A stretch of DNA of 64,000 nucleotides from Mobula hypostoma (lineage: Eukaryota). How positions within the stretch are numbered: position 1 is the stretch's first letter; every line of letters begins with the position of its first letter. The stretch is from positions 180,918,001 through 180,982,000 of the forward strand of contig NC_086097.1 of assembly GCF_963921235.1 (NCBI RefSeq). Direction: 5' to 3'. Below the pieces are notes generated by a model. It saw only the letters and a list, made by a program, of their open reading frames with translations. It made no database searches and had not been told where the DNA came from. The translations under genes were made by a program, and so were the position numbers. Below are positions 12,930 to 25,666 of this stretch, one piece after another.

Positions 12930-15050
12930 TAAGGATCTAAAAAGCGTGGATTGGGACAGGTTGTTCTCTGGCAAGGATGTGATCGGTAGGTGGGAAGCCT
13001 TCAACGGAGAAATTTTGAGAGTGCAGAATTTGTATGTTCCTGTCAGGATTAAAGGCAAAGTGAATAGGAATAAGGAACCTTGGTTCTCAAGGGATATTGC
13101 AACTCTGATAAAGAAGAAGAGGGAGTTGTATGACATGTATAGGAAGCAGGGAGTAAATAAGGTGCTCGAGGAGTATAAGAAGTGCAAGAAAATACTTAAG
13201 AAAGAAATCAGGAGGGCTAAAAGAAGACATGAGGTTGCCTTGGCAGTCAAAGTGAAGGATAATCCAAAGAGCTTTTACAGGTATATTAAGAGCAAAAGGA
13301 TTGTAAGGGATAAAATTGGTCCTCTTGAAGATCAGAGTGGTCAGCTATGTGCGGAACCAAATGAAATGGGGGAGATCTTAAATAGGTTTTTGCGTCTGTA
13401 TTTACTAAGGAAACTGGCATGAAGTCTATGGAGTTAAGGGAAACAAGTAGTGAGATCATGGAAACTGTACAGATCGAAAAGGAGGAGGTCCTTGCTGTCT
13501 TGAGGAAAATTAAAGTGGATAAATCCCCAGGACCTGACAGGGTGTTCCCTCAGACCTTGAAGGAGACTAGTGTTGAAATTGCAGGGGCCCTGGCAGAAAT
13601 ATTTAAAATGTCGCTGTCTACAGGTGAGGTGCCGGAGGATTGGAGAGTGGCTCATGTTGTTCCGCTGTTTAAAAAAGGATCGAAAAGTAATCCGGGAAAT
13701 TATAGGCCAGTAAGTTTAACGTCGGTAGTAGGTAAGTTATTGGAGGGAGTACTAAGAGACAGAATCTACAAGCATTTGGATAGATTGGGACTTATTAGGG
13801 AGAGTCAACATGGCTTTGTGCGTGGTAGGTCATGTTTGACCAATCTATTGGAGTTTTTCGACGAGGTTACCAGGAAGGTGGATGAAGGGAAGGCAGTGGA
13901 TATTGTCTACATGGACTTCAGTAAGGCCTTTGACAAGGTCCCGCATGGTATACATGGAGAGGTGGTAAATTGGATTAGACATTGGCTCAATGGAAGAAGC
14001 CAAAGAGTGGTAGTAGAGAATTGCTTCTCCGAGTGGAGGCCTGTGACTAGTGGTGTGCCACAGGGATCAGTGCTGGGTCCATTGTTATTTGTCATCTATA
14101 TCAATGATCTGGATGATAATGTGGTAAATTGGATCAGCAAATTTGCTGATGATACAAAGATTGGAGGTGTAGTAGACAGTGAGGAAGGTTTTCAGAGCCT
14201 GCAGAGGGACTTGGACCAGCTGGAAAGATGGGCTGAAAAATGGCAGATAGAGTTTAATACAGACAAGTGTGAGGTATTGCACGTTGGAAGGACAAACCAA
14301 GGTAGAACATACAGGGTTAATGGTAAGGCACTGAGGAGTGCAGTGGAACAGAGGGATCTGGGAATACAGATACAAAATTCCCTAAAAGTAGCGTCACAGG
14401 TAGATAGGGTCGTAAAGAGAGCTTTTGGTACATTGGCCTTTATTAATCAAAGTATTGAGTATAAGAGCTGGAATGTTATGATGAGGTTGTATAAGGCATT
14501 GGTGAGGCCGAATCTGGAGTATTGTGTTCAGTTTTGGTCACCAAATGACAGGAAGGATATAAATAAGGTTGAAAGAGTGCAGAGAAGGTTTACAAGGATG
14601 TTGCCGGGACTTGAGAAACTCAGTTACAGAGAAAGGTTGAATAGGTTAGGACTTTATTCCCTGAAGCGTAGAAGAATGAGGGGAGATTTGATAGAGGTAT
14701 ATAAAATTATGTTGGGTATAGATAGAGTGAATGCAAGCAGGCTTTTTCCACTGAGGCAAGGGGAGAAAAAAGCCAGAGAACATGGGTTAAGGGTGAGGGG
14801 GGAAAAGTTTAAAGGGAACATTAGGTGGGGCTTCTTCACACCAGAGAGTAGTGGGAGTATGGAATGAGCTGCCAGACGAGGTGGTAAATGCGGGTTCTTT
14901 TTTAACATTTAAGAATAAATTGGACAGATACATGGATGGGAGGTGTATGGAGGGATATGATCCATGTGCAGGTCAGTGGGACTAGGTAGAAAATGGTTCG
15001 GCACAGCCAAGAAGGGCCAAAAGGCCTGTTTCTGTGCTGTAGTTTCTATG
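12930..15050 (+). mobile_element. CR1 LINE, 5'-truncated ORF2 (RT) with 3' UTR, young copy
   Basis: ORFs 12838-13422 and 13419-14867 (frameshift); NYRPVSLTS, QHGF, VPQGSVLGPLLF, KFADD; ends ...ctgtagtttctatg; inserted into an older antisense CR1. Confidence 0.95.
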
Positions 15051-16325
15051 GTGTGGTGCCCAGAACAGCATGCAGTATTCTAGTAACAATAGTTTCATGA
15101 AGTTGGAACATAACCTCCTGGCTCATATATTCAATTCCTTGATAAATGAAGGCCAGAATTCCATTTTGTTTTCCAAAACACCACCATTCATGGTGTATAT
15201 CATTGCCTAATTAATACTCCCAAGTGCATAAACTCACATTTACTGAGATTGAACATCTGCCATATATCAGTCCATTTCAACAACATATTGACATCACTAC
15301 CTTCCACACAACAGTCATCAGGAATTAATATGATACCTCCTACATCCATATTGAAATCATTTGCATATATTACAAACATCAAAAGTTCTCAGCATCAATC
15401 CTCAAATAGGCACACTGGTAACAGGTTTCCAGTTACAAAAATGACCTTCAAGTTAAACTTCGATCCAGTTTGCCAAGATGACTTGGTTTAATTCAGGCTT
15501 CTCTAAAAGGTTTAGTGATTCCTTCTCAATTAGTGGTTTCTCTGAGATCTTGCTAACAAATGTAAAGCTGCCAGATCTACACCTACTTTTATTGCCTTAG
15601 TTCCTGCTTGAGTAGAGTAGTCACTTTTGTGATTTCCAACCTGCTAGTACCTTTCCAGAACTCAGTAAAAAAAAACCTAATTGCCCCACTATTTCTGCAG
15701 CTGCTTCCTTTTACAGGTCATCGGGACCTAGCAACTTGTCAGCTTTTAATCTTAGTTTGTCTATTGCCTTGTCCCTGATGATTGCAATTATTACAACTCC
15801 TTACACAGTATTTGGGAGTATTCCAAATGAAGTCTTCTGGGTGTCTGTAGCATCATCCACTATGAAGTCTGATTAATTTCAACTACTGTAATTAATTGCC
15901 CAGACTTGCACTCTAAGGATCTTATACTCATATCCTATCTATATGGGTTTCCCCGCTATCCGAAGGTAGAGCGTTCCTATGAAACGATTCGTAAGCTGGA
16001 ATGTCGTAAAGTGAGTAAGCAATTACCATTTATTAATATGGAAAAAACTTTTGAGCGTTCCCAGACCCAAAAAATAACCTACAAAATCATGCCAAATAAC
16101 ACATAAAACCTAAAATAACAGTAACATGTAGTAAAAGCAGGAATGATATGATAAATACACTGCCTATATAAAGTAGAAATACTTTTCTGCAGCTGTCTAG
16201 CGCAGCGAAAATCTCACGGCAGCACTCTTGTCGGAAGCACTCTCTCCAGTAATCTTTAAGCTATGAAGCTGCCAAGTCATACCACATAACACATAAAAAT
16301 ACACAGCCTATATAAAGTAGAAATA

Positions 16326-16891
16326 AGCAACACTCACAACACGCTGGAGGAACTCAGCAGGTCAGGCAGCATCCGTGGAAAAGACTGGTCGACGTTTCGG
16401 GCCAGAACCCTTCGTCAGGACTGTAGGGGGAAGGGGCAGAGGCCCTATAAAGAAGGTGGGGGGGAGGGTGGGAAGGAGAAGGCTGGTGGGTTCCAGGTGA
16501 AAAACCAGCAAGGGGAAAGATAAAAGGGTGGGGGAAGGGAAGCAGGGAGGTGATAGGCAGGAAAGGTGAAGAAAGAATAGGGGAAAAACACAAAGGGTAG
16601 TAGAAGGAGGCGGAACCAAGAGGGAAGTGGTAGGCAGCTGGGGAAGGGGGCAGAGTGACATAGGGATAGGGAAAGGGAGGGGGAGGGAATTACCGGAAGT
16701 TGGAGAATTCTATGTTCATGCCAAAGGGCCAGAGACTATCTAGACGGTATATGAGGTGTTGCTCCTCCAACCTGAGTTTAGCCTCATCATGACAGTAGAG
16801 GAGGCCATGTATGGACATATCTAAATGGGAGTGGGAAGCAGAGTTGAAGTGGGTGGCTACTGGGAGATCCTGTCTGTTTTGGCGGACGAGC
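16326..16891 (-). mobile_element. Penelope-like 3' fragment inserted in the Tigger-like element
   Basis: DLPVATHFNSASHSH...GMNIEFSNFR; hammerhead core at 16387-16422. Confidence 0.85.
16387..16422 (-). ncRNA. Minimal type I hammerhead ribozyme
   Basis: Minus strand: AGTC CTGACGA AGGGTTCTGGCCC GAAAC GTC GACC. Confidence 0.75.
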
Positions 16892-18189
16892 ACTGTAATT
16901 ATTTTCTTCAGTTCTGCTGGGAACTTTTTGGCAGCTTCAGTATCAGCTGAAGCACTCTCTGGTAAACGTTAAACTATGAAGCTGCCCTTGCCTCTGAAAC
17001 CGATTAAACCATCCATGACTACCTTTAAATTCCACTTTTGCAACACTTTCATCACCATCGTCCAGTGCTTTCTGTTTCAGCTTATTAAAAAGACTGACTG
17101 ATTTCTCCTTAAGTATAAGGAAACTTAATGGAACACCATGCTTTGTACACCCATCAATCCACTCAAGCAATAGACTTTCAATTTTATCCATTATTGGATG
17201 CCGACTAAGAGAGATCACTTTACTACGAGCAGAACCAACAGTAACATCAGCAGCTTTCAAAATTCTTTCTCTCTACATATAAATAGTGCAAATAGTGGAC
17301 GCAGGCAAGTTCAATGTGCAGACCATGTCCTTACTTCGTTCACCACGATCGAAACGCTTAATTATGTCTAGTTTTACGTTAAGTGTAACACCCTTACGAG
17401 CTCTTTTAGGCTTTTCCAATACCTTAGAACTCATCTTGCTAACGGATGCACAAAATAAATCAAGATAAAGCACATGTTTAAGCAATGGCGGCTAGAATGC
17501 AGTTCCGGGGGAGGAGCTTGGCTGTTCAGGCGCGTGCTGCCTTTTTTCATAACAGTGAAAACACCTTCTGTTAGCGAAAACAGGTAACTAATGCAGGTCT
17601 TTCGTAACAGCAAGGTGTCGTAAAGCAAACGTTCAGAAGACAGGAGCCACCTGTATTCTCTCATAAAAGCCCTTATTGATTAAATTAGTGCAAAATGTAA
17701 ACCTTTACCTAAAAAATTACCTACTGCTTCAGGGCCACACCCACTCTGGGCACCCAAAGTGGGAATGCCTGAAGTTCCTGGAAATCCTCATCTCAGTGAA
17801 AAATCCTAGTCACAACACCTGCTACAATTATGTCCAACAATGACATTAGGAAGGAACAGTAAATTCTTAAAGCAAAGTCAGCATGATCAGCCGGTTAGAC
17901 TACTTCTGCACTTTTTAATACGTTCACATTTCAGGATGTTGGTGTTGCTGATGAGGAGAGCATTTATCACTCAGTCAAAATTTCCATGAATGACATGGCT
18001 TTTTAAATCACTGCAGAGGATATTTCAAAATGCATTGTTGGGGGTTGGAGTCACAATGAGTCAACCATGGATTTTCCACTCCCCAATTGCACTGCATGAA
18101 AAACAAAAATCATTTCAGATTTCAAGCACCTGTTTTTTTTCTGCTTTTCAACCCATAGTGTAACCGAGTTCATCTCTGCACAGATACTG

Positions 18190-19900
18190 ACCATAGGATC
18201 ACAAGCTATAGGAGCAGAATTAGGCCATTTGGCCCATCGAGGTTGCTCTGCCATTTCATCATGGCTGATCCATTTTTCCTCTGAGCCCCAATCTCCTGCC
18301 TTCTTCCTGTATCCTTTTCACACCCTGACCAATTAAGAACCTATCAATCTCTCCCTTAAATATAAAGTCTTCACAACTGCCTGTGGCAAAGAATTCCACA
18401 GATTCTCCACTCTCTAGCCAAAGGAAATCCAACTCATCTCCATTCTAAAAGGACGCCCCTCCAATTCTGAGCCTGTGTCCTCTGGTCTTATACTCTCCCA
18501 CCACAGAAAACATATTTTCCGCATCCAATGTATCAAGGCCTTTCACTAATCGATAGGTTTCAATGAGGTCACCCCTCATTCTTCTCAATTCCAGTGAATA
18601 CAGGCCAATCAAACGCTCTTCATATGACAAGTCGTTCAAACATGGAATCATTTCATGAACCTCCTTTGAACCCTTTCTAGTTTCAGCACTTCCTTTCTAA
18701 GATAAGTGGCCCTAAATTGCTCACAACTCTCCAAGTGAGACTTCACCAGTGCTTTATAAGAGTCTCAAAATTACATCCTTGCTTTTATATTATAGTCGTC
18801 TTGAAATGAATGCTAACATTGCACTTGCCCTTCTCACCAGACTCAACCTGCAAATTAACCTTTACGGAATCCTGTACAAGGGCTCGCAAGTCCCCTTGTG
18901 CCTTAGTCTTCTGTATTTTCTCCATTTAGAGAATAGTCAACCCTTTAATTTTTTTCTACCAAAGTGCATGACCATACATTTTGACAACGTATTCCATCTG
19001 CCATTTCTTTGCCAATTCTCGTAATCTGTCTCAGTCATTCTGTAGCCTCTCTACTTCCTCAAAACTACCTGTCCCTCCACCTATCTTCATATCGCTTGCA
19101 AACTTTGCAACAAAGCCATTAATTCCATTATCCAAATCATTAGCATATAACGTAAAAAGAATTGGTCCCAACACAGACCCCTGTAGACCACCACTAGTCA
19201 CTGGCAGCCAGACAGAAAAGGCTCCCTTTATTTCCACTCTTTGCCCCCTGCCAGTCAGCCACTGCTTTATCCATACTAGAAGCTCCTCTGTAATACCATG
19301 GGCTCGTAGCTTAAGCAGGGTCACATGTGGCACTTTGTCAAAGGCTTTCCGAAAGTGCAAATACTCAACATTAACAGATTCTCCTTAGTCTAACCTGCTT
19401 GTTACTACTTCTAAGAATTCTAACAGATTTGTCAGGCAAGATTTCCCTTGAGGAAACCACGCTGACTATAGACTATTTTATCATATGCCTCCAAGTACAC
19501 CATAACCACATCCTTAACAATCGACTCTTCCCAACCACTGAGGTGAGACTAACTGGCCTACAAGTTCCTTTCTTCTGCCTCTCTCCCTTCTTGAAAAGTG
19601 GAGTGACATTTCCAATTTTCCAGTCTTCCAGAACCATTCCAGAATCTGGCAATTCTTGAAAAATCATTAATACATCCACAACCTCTTCAACTACCTCTTT
19701 CAGAACCCATCTTGTACAAGTGCCTTATCTACCTTCAGACCTTCCAGTTTTCCCCAATAACCTTCTCCCAAGTAATGGTAACTTCACACACTTCATGACC
19801 CATGACACCTGGAACTTCCACTATACTGCTAGTGTCTTCCACTGTGAAGACAAATACAAAATAATCATGCAGTTTATATGCATTTTGTTGTCCCCATTGA
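18190..19900 (-). mobile_element. Old CR1 RT fragment
   Basis: FRKAFDKVPH, QGSVLGPILF, WKIGNVTPLFKKG, RPVSLTS and CR1 3' UTR. Confidence 0.85.
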
Positions 19901-21184
19901 CACCATTTTGAGAGCCCGGCTGGTGGTGGGGGAAGAATAACAAACTAAAATGCATTAATATTAAATATTGTACTACAACAGATTAATCAGTGACACCAAT
20001 GTGATGTGGCAGGGAGTTCAGAAGCCTGATGACCTGGTGGAAGAAACACTTTCTCATCCTGACCTTTCTTGTTTTAATGCATCGTAGTCTCCTGCCTGAT
20101 AGTAGGAGGTCAAAGAGGATGCTGGATGGATGGGTGGGATCCTTGCGTACTCAGCGCTCCTAATAACGTATCTGAGTTTATCTCTGCACAGATTCTGACT
20201 GACCTGTTTGTCCTTACCAACATTCTCCTTTATTTCAGAGTTTACAGCATCAGTACATTATTTTTTTTAAACCTCTTCTTCTCTAACACCTCCTCCAAAC
20301 AGATTCCTTCAATACACTCTCCAAATATCACCAGTCCGCATCACCTTCTCCTTGCTCTCTAATTTGATTCTCTCCAATTCTCCTTCTATTTAAATTATCA
20401 CAGTTTTCAGAAAGATCTGAGTAAAAAGACACAAGCCATTTCACTCCCCACAGATGCTGGAGTATTTTCAACATTTTATTGTGCTGACACAGTACCTCAC
20501 AATGACAGCTATGTTGTTCAGGACGTGGGCAACACAATCTCTGGTGAAGCTACCAAGAAATTCTTGGTGAGTGACATCTGAAGAACTCTACCCTATCCAC
20601 ACATCATGATCATGATACTTTAAGCATTTGCAAGGAAGCCTTGATAATACAAAACATTCTGTGAATCCTTTGCATGTTCAGAGTTGTTTCTCAGATTGAT
20701 ATTTGTTGATCCATCTAGTTTATTTTGGGTGCAAGTACAACAGTTATGATACAACTTGCTAGGCCAGGACATTTTCAACAGGCAACATTCATCATTAAGG
20801 ATCCTCACCATCCATGCCATGCTGTCTTCTCATTACGACCATCAGGGAGGTGGTGCACAAGCCTGCAGCCCCACACTCAACATTTTAAAAACAGCTTCTT
20901 CCCTTCAGCCATCCAATATCTGAACAGTCCATAAACATCACCTTGCTATTCCTTTTTTAAACTATGTTTTGTAATGTATAGTAATTTTTGTCTTGCGCTG
21001 TACTGCTGCCACAATACAAATTTCATGACATACTTCAGTAATAATAAACCTGATTCTGACCTCATTCCTGCAGGTATGGAAGTCTAGAACCACCTAGAGG
21101 GCATATTAGGGAAAGACAGCCAATTCCCTTCCAAATAAACGTGAACCAGATGAGTTTGAAACAACTATGTGGCTTCATCAAGTC

Positions 21185-21775
21185 ATAGTCATACTTTATT
21201 GATCCTGGGGGAAATTGGTTTTCCTTACAGTTGCACCATAAATAATTAAATAGTAATAAAACCATAAATAGTTAAATAGTAATATGTAAATTATGCCAGG
21301 AAATAAGTCCAGGACCAGCCTATTGGCTCAGGGTGTCTGATCCTCCAAGAGAGAAGTTGTAAAGTTTGATGGCCACAGGCAGGAATGACCTCCTATGATG
21401 CTCTGTGTTGCATCTCGGTGGAATGAGTCTCTGGCTGAATGTACTCCTGTGCCCGACCAGTACATTATGTGGTGGATGGGAGACATTGTCCAAGATGGCA
21501 TACAACTTGGACAGCATCCTCTTTTCAGACACCACCGTCAGAGAGTCCAGTTCCGTCCCCACAACATCACTGGCTTTACAAATGAGTGTGTCGATTCTGT
21601 TGGCGTCTGCTACCCTCAGCCTGCTGCCCCAGCACACAACAGCAAACATGATAGCAATGGCCACCACAGACTCATAGAACATCCTCAGGAAATAGAGACG
21701 GCTCTGACCCTTCTTGTAGACAGCCTCAGTGTTCTTTGACCAGTCCAGTTTATTATCAATCCGCGTATTTGTCAT
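21185..21775 (-). mobile_element. Rex1/Babar LINE 3' fragment
   Basis: IDNKLDWSKNTEAVYKKGQSRLYFLR...TEHHRRSFLPVAIKLYN; related pieces at 1-89 with 1277-1352, and about 11080-11685. Confidence 0.8.
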
Positions 21776-21805
21776 TTAACTATATACATGTATACGTGAA
21801 TTACA

Positions 21806-22646
21806 CATAGAACCATAGAAACTACAGCACAGAAACAGGCCCTTTGGCCCTTCTTGGCTGTGCCGAACCATTTTCTGCCTAGTCCCACTGACCTGCACAC
21901 GGACCATATCCCTCCATACACCTCCCATCCATGTATCTGTCCAATTTATTCTTAAATGTTAAAAAAGAACCCGCATTTACCACCTCGTCTGGCAGCTCAT
22001 TCCATATTCCCACCACTCTCTGTGTGAAGAAGCCCCCCCCTAATGTTCCCTTTAAACTTTTCCCCCCCTCACCCTTAACCCATGTCCTCTGGTTTTTTTC
22101 TCCCCTTGCCTCAGTGGAAAAAGCCTGCTTGCATTCACTCTGTCTATACCCATCATAATTTTATATACCTCTATCAAATCTCCCCTCATTCTTCTACGCT
22201 CCAGGGAATAAAGTCCTAACCGACTCAACCTTTCTCTGTAACTGAGTTTCTCAAGTCCCGGCAACATTCTTGTAAACCTTCTCTGTACTCTTTCAACCTT
22301 ATTTATATCCTTCCTGTAATTTGGTGACCAAAACTGAACACAATACTCCAGATTCGGCCTCACCAATGCCTTATACAACCTCATCATAACATTCCAGCTC
22401 TTATACTCAATACTCCGATTAATAAAGGCCAATGTATCAAAAGCTCTCTTTACGACCCTATCTACCTGTGACGACACTCTTAGGGAATTTTGTATCTGTA
22501 TTCCCAGATCCCTCTGTTCCACTGCACTCCTCAGTGCCTTACCATTAACCCTGTATGTTCTACCTTGGTTTGTCCTTCCAACGTGCAATACCTCACACTT
22601 GTCAGTATTAAACTCCATCTGCCATTTTTCAGCCCATTTTTCCAGC
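21806..22646 (-). mobile_element. CR1 3' end, same young subfamily
   Basis: Reverse complement nearly identical to about 14216-15050; TTCTATGG-type tail. Confidence 0.93.
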
Positions 22647-23460
22647 AAGTAGATATTATCATGAAGACTGTGCTTAAGTACTAATTATCAATTGAATTTA
22701 AATTCCATAGCTGTTAGTGGTGAGATCTGAACCCATGTCTCAAGGGTCAGGACTACCAGTCTGAGAACCACTCTGCTACCACCAGTCCCACTAATAACAG
22801 TCATTGTAAAAATTACAAAGTGTCCAGAAACATCAGATTCTCCCAAGCTCCGCATTCTAGTTCTTGTCTACATGCTTAACTCCAATTAAAGTCATGCATT
22901 TGTTTAGTATGTTTCTTATAGTGGGCAAGTGTAGATCCAGAGGGCATAGCCCCAGACTAGAGGGACATACATTTAGAAGAGATGAAGAATTTTTTTTATC
23001 CAGAGCGTAGTGAATATGTAGAATTCATTGCCACAGGTGGCTGTGGAGACCAAGTCATTGAGTATATTTAAAGTGGAAGTTGATAGGTTCTGGATCAGTA
23101 AAGGTGTCAAAGGTTACGGGAAGAAGAAAGGAGAATGGCGTTGATAGATAATAAGCCACCCTGATGGAAGAATGGAGCAGACGCAATGGAATAAATGGCC
23201 CAATACTACTCCAATGTCTTTATAGTCTTAATTATTTAATAGATAGGTACATGCAAATGCCTTCATGACACTGTAAAATTATAGGATGTTAGTAGATTGT
23301 GATGTCAATCCTTCTCATACTTGGCAACCATTTAATAGTCTTATTACAGAGGGAGGGGCAGGGGAGTAAAAAGAGGGTCACTGAGTTGTCATTGAGCCTG
23401 GTGGTACATGCTGGAGTGAAATCCCAGCAACACTATTAACAATTAAATCACTCAACTTAC

Positions 23461-23556
23461 GATTTCAGTTCTTCCTCGAGCCACACACAGGCATCCAGAT
23501 CGAGATGATTAGTAGGCTCATCCAACAGCAGCATGAAGGGTTTAATGAATAAAGCT
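23461..23556 (-). CDS. ABCF2: ABCF2 coding exon 5 (Walker B; absent from the ORF track)
   Basis: ccattttccag|A GCT TTA TTC...[33 protein letters not shown]|gtaagt; 96 nt, phase 2 to 2. Confidence 0.96.
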
Positions 23557-24271
23557 CTGGAAAATGGTAATAAGTCACAGTAATCAGAAATGATGGATCA
23601 CAAATAATAAGCTATCTAATAGTAAAATGTTTCCAACTTGCACTGTGGTTACTAAAAGCTTCACACTATACCATCCAGGTGGTGCTGAAGGGGAGGCACT
23701 GAAACCCAACAAAATCACCTGGAACCTCGTTCAAATGCTCCTTACAAATTCAAATTAAAGCTAATGGAATAAAGTTAGATTAATTTTTTTTGTTACCTTG
23801 TAACCCACATCATCCACTAATGCTACCTGAACAGCAATGAAACACATCAATTCAAAATGCACCAAATGTTTTACACTGAACAAGACAGGTGCTTTTTACA
23901 TAAGCAATATTATATTATATTGAAGTTAATGAGCATTTTGTACACTTTTGAGCTTTCAGTTGATGAAGGAATGCTAACTGTACTACCAAAAAAAACTGAT
24001 TGGAATAGTGGAGAGGATCTCTAACCAGCTGTGAAGTCTGGATTCAGTGTATTAGTTAATCATACAAAAGAGCAATATGCATTTGGCAAAAAGCTTTCTC
24101 ACCCCAACTTTAACTGCATCTCCTTTCTCAAAAAATCTACCTATGCCATTGTTTCCACCGTACTGAAGATGATCTAATGACCCATGATCTTTAGAGAAAA
24201 AAATTACATGTCGTCTCCCTCAGACAAGCCACTGCATCTGCAGCACCAAGACTCATTCCTCACTCACTTAC

Positions 24272-24443
24272 CTGGCAAGAGCTACTCTCATTCTCCAACC
24301 TCCACTGAAATCCTTCATCTTCTTCCGTTGCATGGCTGGTGAAAACCCAAGACCATGTAGAATCCGCGAAGCTCGCATTTCTGCCTTATCCGCATCCAAC
24401 TCCTCCAAACGTTCATAGATTTGTAGAAGTTTCTCACATTCAG
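24272..24443 (-). CDS. ABCF2: ABCF2 coding exon 4 (ABC signature FSGGW)
   Basis: aattccag|CT GAA TGT...[58 protein letters not shown]|gtaagt; 172 nt, phase 1 to 2. Confidence 0.97.
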
Positions 24444-25666
24444 CTGGAATTAAGTAGGGGAGGGGAAGAAGACAGTGAAACTTCAAAAGTCACAACTGGA
24501 AAATCTCAATCATAGGTCACATCCATTAACTGCTTTAGGCTGATAGACTAGCTGGAGCTCAAATGTGATAGTGAAAGATTGCTCATCAGCTTGCAAAAAC
24601 TTGATTGGTAACAACTACAAACACCACATAGCATGTGAATTCGAGTCCCACCACAATTACAGTACAGCACTAAGATAGAGCCTGTAATAGCAGAAAGACA
24701 AAACTATCTCTTGACTCCTTCAGTCACCTCACGCTGAACTCCTCCAGGCTTAGAGAGTGTCCTACAAGAATCCATAGTAGTTTCACCAAATACATCTCAA
24801 TACTCATGTGCTATCCAACAAGAAATAGTGCATTGGAATCTGCTCCAACAATTGGCCAGCCCATGTCACAAAATTGCCAGCATTAGCTACCAGTATCTGA
24901 TGTTAGTGATAGTTGCATATGCTCTCACCGGCAACAATTGGCCACAGTGTTACTCACTGAAATTTGTTTGAAACCATTCAAGTTCTGAAGATATTGCACT
25001 TTATCTGTCTAACATTGGTACCACATCTTTAAAGGCTCTTTTCAGCGAAGCACTTAAACTGAATTATAGAATAGTGAGTGTCAAATGGATTACAACAGGT
25101 TTACAATTTATAAATGGGAAAATTGCCTCTGGAACATTACCTCCCTTTGTTACACTCGTCACACTGTAGACTCTTACCTCAATAAATTGCAGAAAGAGAA
25201 ATGACACGGATTAACGATAGAGGTGCCATAGCCAATGGAAAAGGAGACAGACCCTGCTTAAAACGCAAGTTTCCAAAATTGGATTTATTTTGTTTTAAAT
25301 TTATCTTCAAAATGATGGTGGTGAATCACCTTCAGCCATACAGGCAGCTCAGGCGAAGGTATTCTGACTGTGCCAGTAGGTTTTGCTGTTCCATCCAACA
25401 TCAAACAGTAGCAATAGTTTAGAATCAGGGTAACTTGGGATTACAGGAAACCTTGCAGATGGTGACATTTTCTGAGTTCATTTAGTTTCTCTGAGAGAGC
25501 TTTACTTATTACGAAAGGGTATCCATTCATCAGGTTATCTACAGCTCCAAGCAGAATATGCACAGTTGTCCCACCTGCCCTCATTTCCTGTCATTTACTC
25601 CTTCATACACCCATCCACTTCCTCGAGGGCAATTTGCAGCAGACAATTAAGGGTGGCACAATAGCA

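Larger units (their letters stand above)
15940..17653 (-). mobile_element. Tigger/pogo (TIGD1-like) DNA transposon, deleted
   Basis: RKGVTLNVKLDIIKRFDRGE (HTH-psq) and KIESLLLEWI...FKGSHGWFNRF (CENP-B HTH); right end ...ccacctg-TA. Confidence 0.85.
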
